The notes beneath the pieces were generated by a model that was given only the letters and a program-made list of their open reading frames with translations, was not told where the DNA came from and searched no databases. Of a stretch of 43,954 nucleotides of DNA, positions 8,935 to 16,859 are shown one piece after another; within the stretch, counting starts at the first letter, position 1, and the number at the start of each line of letters is the position of its first letter. Both the position numbers and the translations under genes were made by a program. This DNA comes from an uncultured Rhizobiaceae bacterium (GTDB lineage Bacteria; Pseudomonadota; Alphaproteobacteria; Rickettsiales; UBA1997), in contig CAZBNS010000002.1 of NCBI GenBank assembly GCA_964493475.1, positions 1 to 43,954 of the forward strand. The letters are read 5' to 3'.

Positions 8935-9834
8935 TCATTTTATTATTTCCAAATTCTCTTTTTTGCATTCATTTTCTAAGAACAAGCTGTATACTTTGAA
9001 TTTTGCGCCCCTTTCCTCTAAGCATTCGTCATATTCTTTATTTCTAAGATCTATAATATTAAGTTTTTCAACCTTTGGACCAAAACTAAAACCATCAGCA
9101 GAACTATCAAATTTAGCTAATGAATCTGGATATTTTTCAATACTTAACTTTCTACAATATATTTTATCATCTATCTGTCTTTGTATAAGTTTATCACTTG
9201 TATTTTTAATACATTGATTAGCGTTTCGCATCGCTTCTTGGCATTGCTTTAACTTATCAGCGTTTATCGCATATTTCACACAATCCTTTTCTATAATTAT
9301 AGTTTTAAGTTTTTGCGGTGCGGCAGATTTATTATCCTCCGGTTGAAGAATTTTTAACATTTGTTCATTACTTTGTTCAAAATAACCTTTATTTTTTCGC
9401 TTTATGTTTTCTATACTTTCTCTACATTTAAAATAATCATAAGTATCAATTTTATTATTTGACTGATCCCTCAACATTAAACAATAGCTATGTTCCTTCT
9501 CCTCAAGCGTGCTATTTACTTCTGCTTGAGCTATTTTCTCTTGCTCTTTAATTCTCTTTTTGATTAAAGACCTAAGTCTTTTAAATTCTCTTTTATATAA
9601 TAAGCTGTATCCATAATTATCAAACTCACCAGCAATTCTTTGATTTATAACCCTTAACCTGCATTGCCAATATATTTTTCTAGTATCTTTGTCTTCATAT
9701 TGAACACCCTGCATAATACACAAATTATTATCTTCTTCCTCTATTTTTTGCAAAACTTCAGGAGACAGTCTTGAACTATAGCAAGAACAAAGAAAAAGCA
9801 ATAAAAAACCTAAATTAAATAACTTCCGCATCAA
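8935..9834 (-). CDS. Putative lipoprotein with repeated Cys-pair modules
   Basis: The signal/lipobox is FLLLFLCSC. C-x18-C units recur (C39..C58, C118..C137), with further Cys pairs downstream. I recognise no homolog. Confidence 0.55.
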   Translation of the reverse strand: MMRKLFNLGFLLLFLCSCYSSRLSPEVLQKIEEEDNNLCIMQGVQYEDKDTRKIYWQCRLRVINQRIAGEFDNYGYSLLYKREFKRLRSLIKKRIKEQEKIAQAEVNSTLEEKEHSYCLMLRDQSNNKIDTYDYFKCRESIENIKRKNKGYFEQSNEQMLKILQPEDNKSAAPQKLKTIIIEKDCVKYAINADKLKQCQEAMRNANQCIKNTSDKLIQRQIDDKIYCRKLSIEKYPDSLAKFDSSADGFSFGPKVEKLNIIDLRNKEYDECLEERGAKFKVYSLFLENECKKENLEIIK

Positions 9835-9903
9835 AAAATAAAAACTAAATTGTCAATATAATACTATTTTATAATTACAAAAATATCAACAAAATAAATT
9901 ATT

Positions 9904-10443
9904 ATGAATATATTAAAAAATCCAATATTAAATTTAAAAACAGACGCTTCAACCTTAGCTGTCGACTTAGCAATTACTAAGAATTTTCTTAAAGTTGATT
10001 TTGGCGATGACGACGAATTAATTATAAAAATGATTAAAACAGCCGCCAGCCAATGCGAAACCCATATTGGCAAAACATTAGTTGAAAAAACTTATGTTTA
10101 TTCTTTGTATGAATTAAAAAGTAGCTCAATTATTCTTCCTTATTCTCCAATAAAATCAATTAATGAAATAAAGAACAGTGATTTAAATAATATAAGTGCG
10201 ATAATACCATCATTTGATTATATTTTAGACAATATTGGCGGAATATTAAACTTTATAAAAAAACCAGAAAATTTTTACAGACTTGACATAGAATATACAG
10301 CAGGTTTAACAACAATTAATGATGAATTAATTCAAGCACTGCTAATGCACATATCAAGAATGTATGAAGACAGAAGCGGCTATTCGCCAATTCCTACAAA
10401 TTCTTTAAATATTTACAAAAAATATAGACAAATTAAATTATAA
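9904..10443 (+). CDS. Phage/GTA head-tail connector protein (gp6-like)
   Basis: The N-terminus L..LK..L.VD..DDDELI..MI.TA...CE..IGK.L resembles gp6-type head-tail connectors (RcGTA g6-like position). Confidence 0.7.
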   Translation: MNILKNPILNLKTDASTLAVDLAITKNFLKVDFGDDDELIIKMIKTAASQCETHIGKTLVEKTYVYSLYELKSSSIILPYSPIKSINEIKNSDLNNISAIIPSFDYILDNIGGILNFIKKPENFYRLDIEYTAGLTTINDELIQALLMHISRMYEDRSGYSPIPTNSLNIYKKYRQIKL

Positions 10444-10444
10444 T

Positions 10445-10774
10445 ATGACAGAAAAAAAATTAGTTGATAGATTAAACAAAAGAATAAAAATACAAGCAAA
10501 AACCAACAACAACGATGGTTTTGGCGGCTATTTGGAAACATGGAGTGATTCAAAAATTTTGTGGGCAGAAATTAGACCTGTTTCAAATCTTGATAGTTTT
10601 AGAGGAAAAAGAATTGAAGAAAAAATCACCCATATAATAACAATAAGACATTATGCCCCACTCACAACACAGCATAGAATAAAATACAAAAACAGAATAT
10701 TTGGTATTGTAGGCATTATAAATACGCTTGAAAACAATCAAACTATGGAAATTAGAGCAGAGGAAATATTGTAA
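10445..10774 (+). CDS. Phage/GTA head-tail adaptor (head-closure, SPP1 gp16-like)
   Basis: LNKRIKIQ......DGFGG..ETWSD....WAEIRP.S is typical of head-tail joining proteins. The gene starts 1 nt after the connector gene. Confidence 0.7.
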   Translation: MTEKKLVDRLNKRIKIQAKTNNNDGFGGYLETWSDSKILWAEIRPVSNLDSFRGKRIEEKITHIITIRHYAPLTTQHRIKYKNRIFGIVGIINTLENNQTMEIRAEEIL

Positions 10775-10817
10775 TTATTCTTGGTTGTTGAACTATATTT
10801 TCTTAACCACCGCCAGC

Positions 10818-10958
10818 AATCTTTCCCTCTGCCCTCACCACCACACTAATCTTTCCCCTCTGCCTTCACCACTACACTAATCTTTCCCCTCCGCCTTCGC
10901 CACTACACTAATCTTTCCCCTCCTTGAGGGGAAATGTCCGAAGGACAAAGGGGAGCTA
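10818..10958. repeat. Tandem array of the family-1 5' half (three units of 30-31 nt) fused to one complete family-1 unit
   Basis: Units aatctttccc(c)tc(t/c)gcc(c/t)t(c)(a/g)cca(c)c(a/t)acact lie at 10818-10847, 10848-10878 and 10879-10909. A full element follows at 10910-10958. Confidence 0.8.
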
Positions 10959-11017
10959 AGCTCACTTGCCTCAATTCACTTATTATAATTCATTTCTATA
11001 ACTTATTTATTATAAAT

Positions 11018-11299
11018 TTACTTAATCCTATTAATAACCTTACTTAACCTTTCAAACTTCTTTTCTTCATCATATTTAACTCTACAAGTTTTAATTATAT
11101 AATTAAGTAAGTTTCTTAAACCTATTACATCTCCTCTTACTATTATTTTATTATCAATGTAGTATCTTAATATTTCTTTTATTGGTTCTATTAAGTCTTC
11201 ATTAATTGAGTTATTAATTTTGATTTTCTTTTCGAAATCTTTTTCTTTTTGTAGAAGATATAATTTTTTGAATAAATCGTTTTTCATCAGTTCGTCCAT
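11018..11299 (-). CDS. Small helical protein of unknown function (cassette cargo 2)
   Basis: The ORF track starts at 11311. That ATG overlaps the GAGGT that aligns with the SD of copies 1 and 3, so ATG 11299 (MDELMKND..., 93 aa) is the likelier start. It is a paralog of cargo 1 by C-terminal similarity. Confidence 0.6.
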   Translation of the reverse strand: MDELMKNDLFKKLYLLQKEKDFEKKIKINNSINEDLIEPIKEILRYYIDNKIIVRGDVIGLRNLLNYIIKTCRVKYDEEKKFERLSKVINRIK

Positions 11300-11320
11300 T
11301 TTAGACCTCATTTTTTAATT

Positions 11321-11352
11321 AATAAAAATCGCACCATTCTAAGAAAAGTGCG
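11321..11352 (-). terminator. Intrinsic terminator at the end of RNA copy 2
   Basis: On the minus strand, stem cgcac (11352-11348)/gtgcg (11334-11330) is followed by atttttatt. Confidence 0.6.
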
Positions 11353-11514
11353 GAGGTTAAACTAACTGACACTATCAGCTCTCACAGCCTTTTAGACTAT
11401 AAATAGCCTATTATAACCGCAAGCCTCCGCTATATCGTTAGATACAACAAAAGCCTGCAGACTAAATTAAATAGTGTTTCGGTAGTTTACACCGTCAACT
11501 TTGCCCGTAGGCAA
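11321..11514 (-). ncRNA. Conserved structured leader/ncRNA, copy 2
   Basis: The reverse complement aligns with 127-327, and a 41-nt run equals 191-231 exactly. It has the same ttgcc-UACG-ggcaa 5' hairpin (11501-11514). The P2 apical hairpin changes to taggcta/tagtcta (11393-11410). Confidence 0.7.
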
Positions 11515-11518
11515 TTCA

Positions 11519-11547
11519 ATTATTAATTGTTTTAATTAAGATGTCAA
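11519..11547 (-). promoter_or_regulatory. Sigma70-like promoter of cassette copy 2 (TTGACA-N17-AATAAT)
   Basis: On the minus strand, TTGACA is at 11547-11542, followed by a 17-nt spacer and AATAAT at 11524-11519. The -35 element abuts the gatA stop codon. Confidence 0.55.
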
Positions 11548-13014
11548 TTATTTATTTTCTTCAATGAATAAAGCGAAATCCAGCGTGCTTTGCTCGTCAA
11601 AATGTCTACCTATAAACTGCATACCAATTGGCAATCCGATTTTTGAAAGACCAAAAGGAACGCTTATTCCTGGCAATCCGCACATATTTACTGCATTTAT
11701 GAAATAATCATTCACAATGCCCCTTTTACTGATTATTTTGCTTTCTTCTGGAGTTGGATTGATTGGAAAAGCGGTTCCTGCGTCTGTTGGTGTGAAAATT
11801 ATGTCAACATTTTTGAATGCTTCATCAAACTCGTTTGCTATTTTTCTTCTTATTTTCTGTGATTTGATAAAATATTTTTCATAATTTTCTGATGAAGAAA
11901 GATAATATCCTAAAAGTATTCTTTTTTTGATGTTCTCTCCAAAACCTTCGCTTCTTGATTTAATATAAACATCCTCATAAGTGCTGCATTTTTCGTCTGT
12001 TTTTCTGCCATATCTAATGCCACTATATCTTGCAAGGTTTGAAGCTAATTCTGTATAAGATAAAGAAATATATAACAAGGAGCTTGCGGTAATTGTTGGA
12101 ATTGAAACTTCAATTACTTCTGCGCCGCCTTGTTTTAATAATTTAACAGCCTTTAAATAGGCGTCTTTAATGTCTGGCTCTATGTCGTCTAAATAATCAT
12201 TAAATTCTTTTATTAAAGCAACTTTTTTGCCTTTTATGTTTGAATTTAAGTTCTTTAAGAAGTCTGGTAAATCATGCTCAACTGTTGTGGAATCCTTATC
12301 GTCCTTTCCGCAAACTAAATGCGTTAAATATGCGCAATCTTTTACATCTTTTGTTAAAAAACCGCCTTGATCCAAAGAGCTTGCGTAAGCGACCATTCCA
12401 TATCTTGAAATTCTTCCATATGTTGGCTTTAAACCAACTAAATTGCATAGCGATGCTGGCTGTCTAATTGAACCTCCTGTATCGCTGCCTGTTGCTCCAA
12501 AACACATGTTTGCAGCAACAGCAACTGCTGAACCGCCAGACGAACCGCCCGGAACTAAATCTCTATCATCATTGTGTGCCTTATAAGGATTTACACATAC
12601 GCCAAAATGGCTCGTTTTGTTGGTGCTGCTCGCTGCGAATTCATCCATATTTGTTTTTCCAACTAATATATATCCTTCATCATTAAGAATTTTCGTAGCT
12701 GTTGACTCATAAGGAGGAACAAAGTTTTCTAATACTCCGGAACCAGCTGTAGTTCTAATTCCCTTAGTGCAAAATAAATCTTTTATCGCTAAAGGAATGC
12801 CTTCAAGTTTTCCAATATTTTTGCCTTCTGCAATTTTTTTATCTGAGGTTTTAGCCCTTTCTCTCGCCAAGTCAAAAGTTTCAGTGATAAAAGCATTTAA
12901 TTTTCTTTTGTTTTCAATATTTGAAATACAAGCGTTGGTTAATTCAAGACTTGAAAATTTTTTGTCCTTAAGGCCTTTTTTTGCTTCAAGCAAAGTTAAT
13001 TTTGTTAATTCCAT
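11548..13014 (-). CDS. gatA: Glutamyl-tRNA(Gln) amidotransferase subunit A
   Basis: The amidase signature GGSSGGSAVAVAA...GSDTGGSIRQPA is present. Size is 488 aa, and gatC lies upstream. Confidence 0.95.
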   Translation of the reverse strand: MELTKLTLLEAKKGLKDKKFSSLELTNACISNIENKRKLNAFITETFDLARERAKTSDKKIAEGKNIGKLEGIPLAIKDLFCTKGIRTTAGSGVLENFVPPYESTATKILNDEGYILVGKTNMDEFAASSTNKTSHFGVCVNPYKAHNDDRDLVPGGSSGGSAVAVAANMCFGATGSDTGGSIRQPASLCNLVGLKPTYGRISRYGMVAYASSLDQGGFLTKDVKDCAYLTHLVCGKDDKDSTTVEHDLPDFLKNLNSNIKGKKVALIKEFNDYLDDIEPDIKDAYLKAVKLLKQGGAEVIEVSIPTITASSLLYISLSYTELASNLARYSGIRYGRKTDEKCSTYEDVYIKSRSEGFGENIKKRILLGYYLSSSENYEKYFIKSQKIRRKIANEFDEAFKNVDIIFTPTDAGTAFPINPTPEESKIISKRGIVNDYFINAVNMCGLPGISVPFGLSKIGLPIGMQFIGRHFDEQSTLDFALFIEENK

Positions 13015-13022
13015 AATATCCC

Positions 13023-13322
13023 TTATTTTTTCTCTAATACTTTTGGTGCGACAAAATAATTATATAATGATGTTGGCGCACATTTCATTAATTGATCGAC
13101 TTTATCTCCATCGCTAACTACATCTGGATATTTGGATAAAGCCATGTCGTACGGGTTTGTGAGCTCTTTTAAACCGTCAACATCTATGTCGTCCAAAGCT
13201 TCAAGTGTCTCCAAGCTGCTATTTATTAAATTCAAATATTTTTCAATTTCCTCTTGTTTAATATCAAGCATTGCTAGTTTGCATAGTTTTTTTAATCTTG
13301 TTTCGTCAACAAATTTCTTCAT
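13023..13322 (-). CDS. gatC: Glutamyl-tRNA(Gln) amidotransferase subunit C
   Basis: The likely start is ATG 13322 (MKKFVDETRLKKL...) with GAGGT upstream. This avoids overlapping the fabZ stop at 13333. The longer ORF to 13385 is probably an extension artifact. Confidence 0.8.
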   Translation of the reverse strand: MKKFVDETRLKKLCKLAMLDIKQEEIEKYLNLINSSLETLEALDDIDVDGLKELTNPYDMALSKYPDVVSDGDKVDQLMKCAPTSLYNYFVAPKVLEKK

Positions 13323-13332
13323 TTTTACCTCA

Positions 13333-13797
13333 TTAGATTTTTTTTGAACTTTTATCATAAAGCATTGCGGAAAATTCAGTTTCAATTACTTTTTGACCGT
13401 CAACATAACCAATGCCTTCAATAACATAAATTGAAAGCTTATTTCTTAAAATTTTAACATGCAATTCTAATTGATCTCCAGGAACAACTGGTTTTCTAAA
13501 TTTTACTTTCTCAATTGTTGTAAATAAAATTCCAACATTTTTTGGGGCTTTGCTTCCCAAAGACTTTATAACTAAAACACAAGCGGTTTGAGCTAGTGCC
13601 TCTATTTGCAAAACGCCCGGCATAACCGGCTCATCTGGAAAATGCCCTTGAAAAAATTCTTCATTTATACTCACATTTTTAATGCCAACAGCAGTTTCAT
13701 TTGGAACAAGATCTTTTATCTTATCCACCAATAAAAATGGATATCTGTGCGGTATTAATGTTTTAATTTCTTTTATAGTTATAATTTCATTAGTCAT
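13333..13797 (-). CDS. fabZ: 3-hydroxyacyl-ACP dehydratase FabZ
   Basis: LIPHRYPFLLVD...FFQGHFP..PVMPGVL.IEALAQ is present. Confidence 0.95.
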   Translation of the reverse strand: MTNEIITIKEIKTLIPHRYPFLLVDKIKDLVPNETAVGIKNVSINEEFFQGHFPDEPVMPGVLQIEALAQTACVLVIKSLGSKAPKNVGILFTTIEKVKFRKPVVPGDQLELHVKILRNKLSIYVIEGIGYVDGQKVIETEFSAMLYDKSSKKI

Positions 13798-14884
13798 CTT
13801 CTTTTTCTCCTTTTTTATTTTCTAACATTTTTTCCAATAATATCGTTTGTTTGTGCCATTTTCTAGAAGGCAATGCAGGATATCCACCCCAGCTACTCAT
13901 AGGTTTATCTATACCTTGAGCTATACCGGAATTTCCAGCAACTTGAACTCCATCAGCAATTTTTAAATGTCCCGCAACTCCAACTTTGCCACCCAATTGA
14001 ACAAACTTTCCAATTTCAGTTGAGCCTGCAATTCCAACACCTCCAGCAATAAATGTCCCTGCGCCAATTTTTACGCCATGCGCTATTTGAACTAAATTAT
14101 CAATTTTTGCATTTGACTCAATAATTGTATCTTCCAAAGCACCTCTATCAATACACGAATTCGCACCTATTTCCACATAATCACCAATAATTACTTTGCC
14201 AATTTGGGTAATTTTGAAATTAAACATCTTATGATGAACAAAACCAAAGCCACATTGGCCTATTTGCGCCCCATTGTGAATTATGCAGTCTTTTCCAATA
14301 TTTGCATACATAATCGTTGAATTTGCGCCAATGTAAGTATTATCCCCAATTATACAGTCATGATAAATTACAGCTCCAGCGCAAATTTTACAATTATTTC
14401 CAATTACGACATTTTTATCAATATACGCACCATCTTGAATTTCAACATTTTTTCCAATTTTAGCACTCCACACAATATGGGCTTTCCTTGACAAGCCCGC
14501 ATTAATATCAAAAATTGGAGCCTTATACATAGCTTGCAAACAAAGCATATAAGCAAAATGCGGATTCTCATGTATCAAAGCAACCACGCCACTTGGAACT
14601 TTTTCAACCATACTTTTTTCAACAAAAACAGCTCCTGCTTTTGTGTTTTTTAAATCATCAACATATTTTTTATTAGTAAGAAAAGAAATATCATTTTCCG
14701 TTGCTTTTTTTAATGTAGAAACTTTATAAATTTTTTTCTTGGTATCATAATCGCCAATCACTTCTGATTTTGTAAGAAAAACTATATTTTCCAACGTAGC
14801 ATATTCCATTTTTTGATCAAAAAACTGGTTATACTTAATTTCTTTTGTCTTACAAAATAAACTCTTTATTTTACTTAAACACAT
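13790..14884 (-). CDS. lpxD: UDP-3-O-acylglucosamine N-acyltransferase LpxD
   Basis: It has long hexapeptide (left-handed beta-helix) repeats and overlaps fabZ by 8 nt. The true start may be the internal MEYATLEN at 14809. Confidence 0.85.
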   Translation of the reverse strand: MCLSKIKSLFCKTKEIKYNQFFDQKMEYATLENIVFLTKSEVIGDYDTKKKIYKVSTLKKATENDISFLTNKKYVDDLKNTKAGAVFVEKSMVEKVPSGVVALIHENPHFAYMLCLQAMYKAPIFDINAGLSRKAHIVWSAKIGKNVEIQDGAYIDKNVVIGNNCKICAGAVIYHDCIIGDNTYIGANSTIMYANIGKDCIIHNGAQIGQCGFGFVHHKMFNFKITQIGKVIIGDYVEIGANSCIDRGALEDTIIESNAKIDNLVQIAHGVKIGAGTFIAGGVGIAGSTEIGKFVQLGGKVGVAGHLKIADGVQVAGNSGIAQGIDKPMSSWGGYPALPSRKWHKQTILLEKMLENKKGEKEDD

Positions 14885-15041
14885 TCAAATTTATATAAAA
14901 TTTTAATATATAAATTATTGAAAATAAAATATAAATTACAAGTGTTTTATTGTATGCTATTCTAAAGGGTTTTAATAAAAGCATTTAATTTGCAAAATAT
15001 TTGAGAATATAATCTGCTATAATTGGAAAAATTTGGATAAA

Positions 15042-15116
15042 TGGAGCGGGTGACGGGGCTTGAACCCGCGACCCCAACCTTGGCAAGGTTGTGCTCTACC
15101 ACTGAGCTACGCCCGC
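15042..15116 (-). tRNA. tRNA-Gly (GCC)
   Basis: The reverse complement folds as a cloverleaf with anticodon loop ttGCCaa. The 3' CCA is encoded. There is one C6-A67 mismatch in the acceptor stem. Confidence 0.9.
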
Positions 15117-15312
15117 TTCAACGACATTGACATTGTAAATTTTAAGTTTTTAAAAATCAAGAGAATATTTTAATTTTTGATATTATATATTATCAGAGTT
15201 TTCAATGAGACTACAAACAGTTCTCTTTTACTTTTTAGAGATTTAATTATTGAATTTATTCAAGTCAAATATTATAAAGTAATGAAAGGAAGTTATTAAA
15301 ATGGCAACATAA

Positions 15313-15387
<75 letters not shown>

Positions 15388-15547
15388 GTATATAAAAAAT
15401 ATATAAAATGTTTTCAAATAATCAATAGAAAAGTGAATCAAATAGAACAACTATACACTTTGAGACTTTAAATAGTCCATCTTTGTCATGTTCTGCTATT
15501 CCAATTTGCTATTTTTATAATTCCTTTTTTCTCTTCTTGTAAGCTGT

Positions 15548-15589
15548 TTATAGCTCCCATTTCGTGTTGCGACAAAGGGGAGCTATAAA
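15548..15589. repeat. Family-1-related perfect 10-bp inverted repeat
   Basis: tatagctccc (15550-15559) pairs with gggagctata (15578-15587), separated by an 18-nt spacer atttcgtgttgcgacaaag. Confidence 0.7.
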
Positions 15590-15703
15590 TTAATTATAAC
15601 AGGAGAAATTTTGAGGAGAAACAAAAATGGCTGCAACAAATGGGAGCTACTAATAATTATATCAATATATATTAGATAATGCCATAAAACATGTTAAAAT
15701 TAA

Positions 15704-15787
15704 TGGTACCCTCGGTCAGACTTGAACTGACACGCCGTGAAGCAATAGATTTTGAGTCTATCGTGTCTACCATTCCACCACGAGGGC
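15704..15787 (-). tRNA. tRNA-Leu (CAA)
   Basis: It has a long variable arm and anticodon loop ctCAAaa. CCA is encoded and length is 84 nt. Confidence 0.9.
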
Positions 15788-15795
15788 ATGAAAGA

Positions 15796-15873
15796 TGGGG
15801 TATGTAGTGGGATTCGAACCCACGACCAACGGAATCACAACCCGCTACTCTAACCAGCTGAGCCATACATACC
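15796..15873 (-). tRNA. tRNA-His (GTG) with encoded G-1
   Basis: An extra 5' G precedes the acceptor stem gtatgta/tacatac. The anticodon loop is ttGTGat and CCA is encoded. Confidence 0.9.
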
Positions 15874-16026
15874 ATCACCATAACAGTAATAATAATACAT
15901 GGCTTTTTTTTAGTCAAGCAATTTTAATTTGTTGTCTGGCGGTTGCTATGTTTTCTGCTTTTGAATTGTAATAATGTCTTTGTTAACTTTATTGAGACTT
16001 TTTTGTTATAAGAGGTGATTAAGTTG

Positions 16027-16066
16027 TTTATAGCTCCCCTTTGCCTTTCAGATATTTCTCCTTTCT
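16027..16066. repeat. Family-1 repeat, inverted orientation, degenerate
   Basis: tttatagctcccctttgcctttcagatatttctcctttc is the reverse complement of the ..gaaatgtctgaaggacaaaggggagcta core. Confidence 0.6.
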
Positions 16067-16137
16067 TAGTATATCATTGCAGTGTTATTTTTCTTAGTGT
16101 CTTTAGGCGCTTAGAAGACATTCAACCGCAATCTATA
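16066..16137. repeat. Family-3 dispersed repeat
   Basis: The pattern tagtata(t/c)attgc(a/g)gtg...cattcaaccgcaat.tataa is shared with 34756-34815 and partly with 38779-38849. Confidence 0.5.
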
Positions 16138-16139
16138 AA

Positions 16140-16826
16140 TTAATTCCATAAACTATTTTTTATGTTTTTTTCTATGAAGGCCTTATGTTTTTCCTCCTCC
16201 TCAGGATTGACAGTAAAAATTCTGCTGGTTAATTTTTTTTTATTTTTTATTGCTATTAACAAGTTGTCAATTCCCAATGTTTCTTTAAATTCGCTGCTTT
16301 GGTTAAAAAAACTGGATTGCTCTTCTTCTGTTAACTTTAGATAAACTTCAGCGAGCAATTCGGCGTCAAGTAAAGCGCCGTGTTTTGTTCTATTTGAGTT
16401 GTCAATAGCAAATCTTTCGCATAAAATATCTAAGTTATTTTTTTTGCCGGGAAATTTGACTTTTGCTAGTGCTAAGGAGTCCACGATAGAATTCTTTAGT
16501 GGTTCGGTTTCTAACAAGCTTAATTCATGATTTAAAAAATTTATATCAAATGTTGCGTTATGTGCTACTAATTGACTATCACTAATAAATTCTAAAAAAT
16601 CTTTAACTATTTCGGAAAAAAACGGTTTATCTTTTAGAATTTCATCAGTTAGTCCTGTAATTTGTATTGATTCCTCACTATTTTTCCTTCCGGGATTAAT
16701 AATTTGTCTATATGAATTTCCAGTAATTTTTCTGTCTATTATTTCAATACAACCAATTTCAGTTATTTTATCACCATTTTTTGGATCTAAACCTGTAGTT
16801 TCGGTATCAAGACAAATTTCTCTCAT
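16140..16826 (-). CDS. dnaQ: DNA polymerase III epsilon subunit (3'-5' exonuclease)
   Basis: Exo motifs ICLDTETTGL, HNATFDINFL and HGALLDAELLAEVY are present. Confidence 0.9.
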   Translation of the reverse strand: MREICLDTETTGLDPKNGDKITEIGCIEIIDRKITGNSYRQIINPGRKNSEESIQITGLTDEILKDKPFFSEIVKDFLEFISDSQLVAHNATFDINFLNHELSLLETEPLKNSIVDSLALAKVKFPGKKNNLDILCERFAIDNSNRTKHGALLDAELLAEVYLKLTEEEQSSFFNQSSEFKETLGIDNLLIAIKNKKKLTSRIFTVNPEEEEKHKAFIEKNIKNSLWN

Positions 16827-16859
16827 TTTAGTTTAAGTAATTATTAATAATATACTAAA

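Noticed and set aside
9864-10073. A 69-aa minus-strand ORF
   Set aside because: It is antisense to the start of the head-tail connector gene, with a hydrophobic AT-rich translation. It is likely spurious.
10818-10909. A possible CRISPR array (three ~31-nt direct repeats)
   Set aside because: The units abut each other with no spacers. They are copies of the 5' half of the dispersed family-1 element. No cas genes are present in the window.
11300-11311. The upstream in-frame ATG as the start of cassette cargo 2
   Set aside because: That ATG overlaps the GAGGT aligned with the Shine-Dalgarno of copies 1 and 3. The ATG at 11299 has the conserved spacing.
15672-15917. An 81-aa ORF on the minus strand
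   Set aside because: It is read straight through tRNA-Leu and tRNA-His on the same strand, so it is an artifact.
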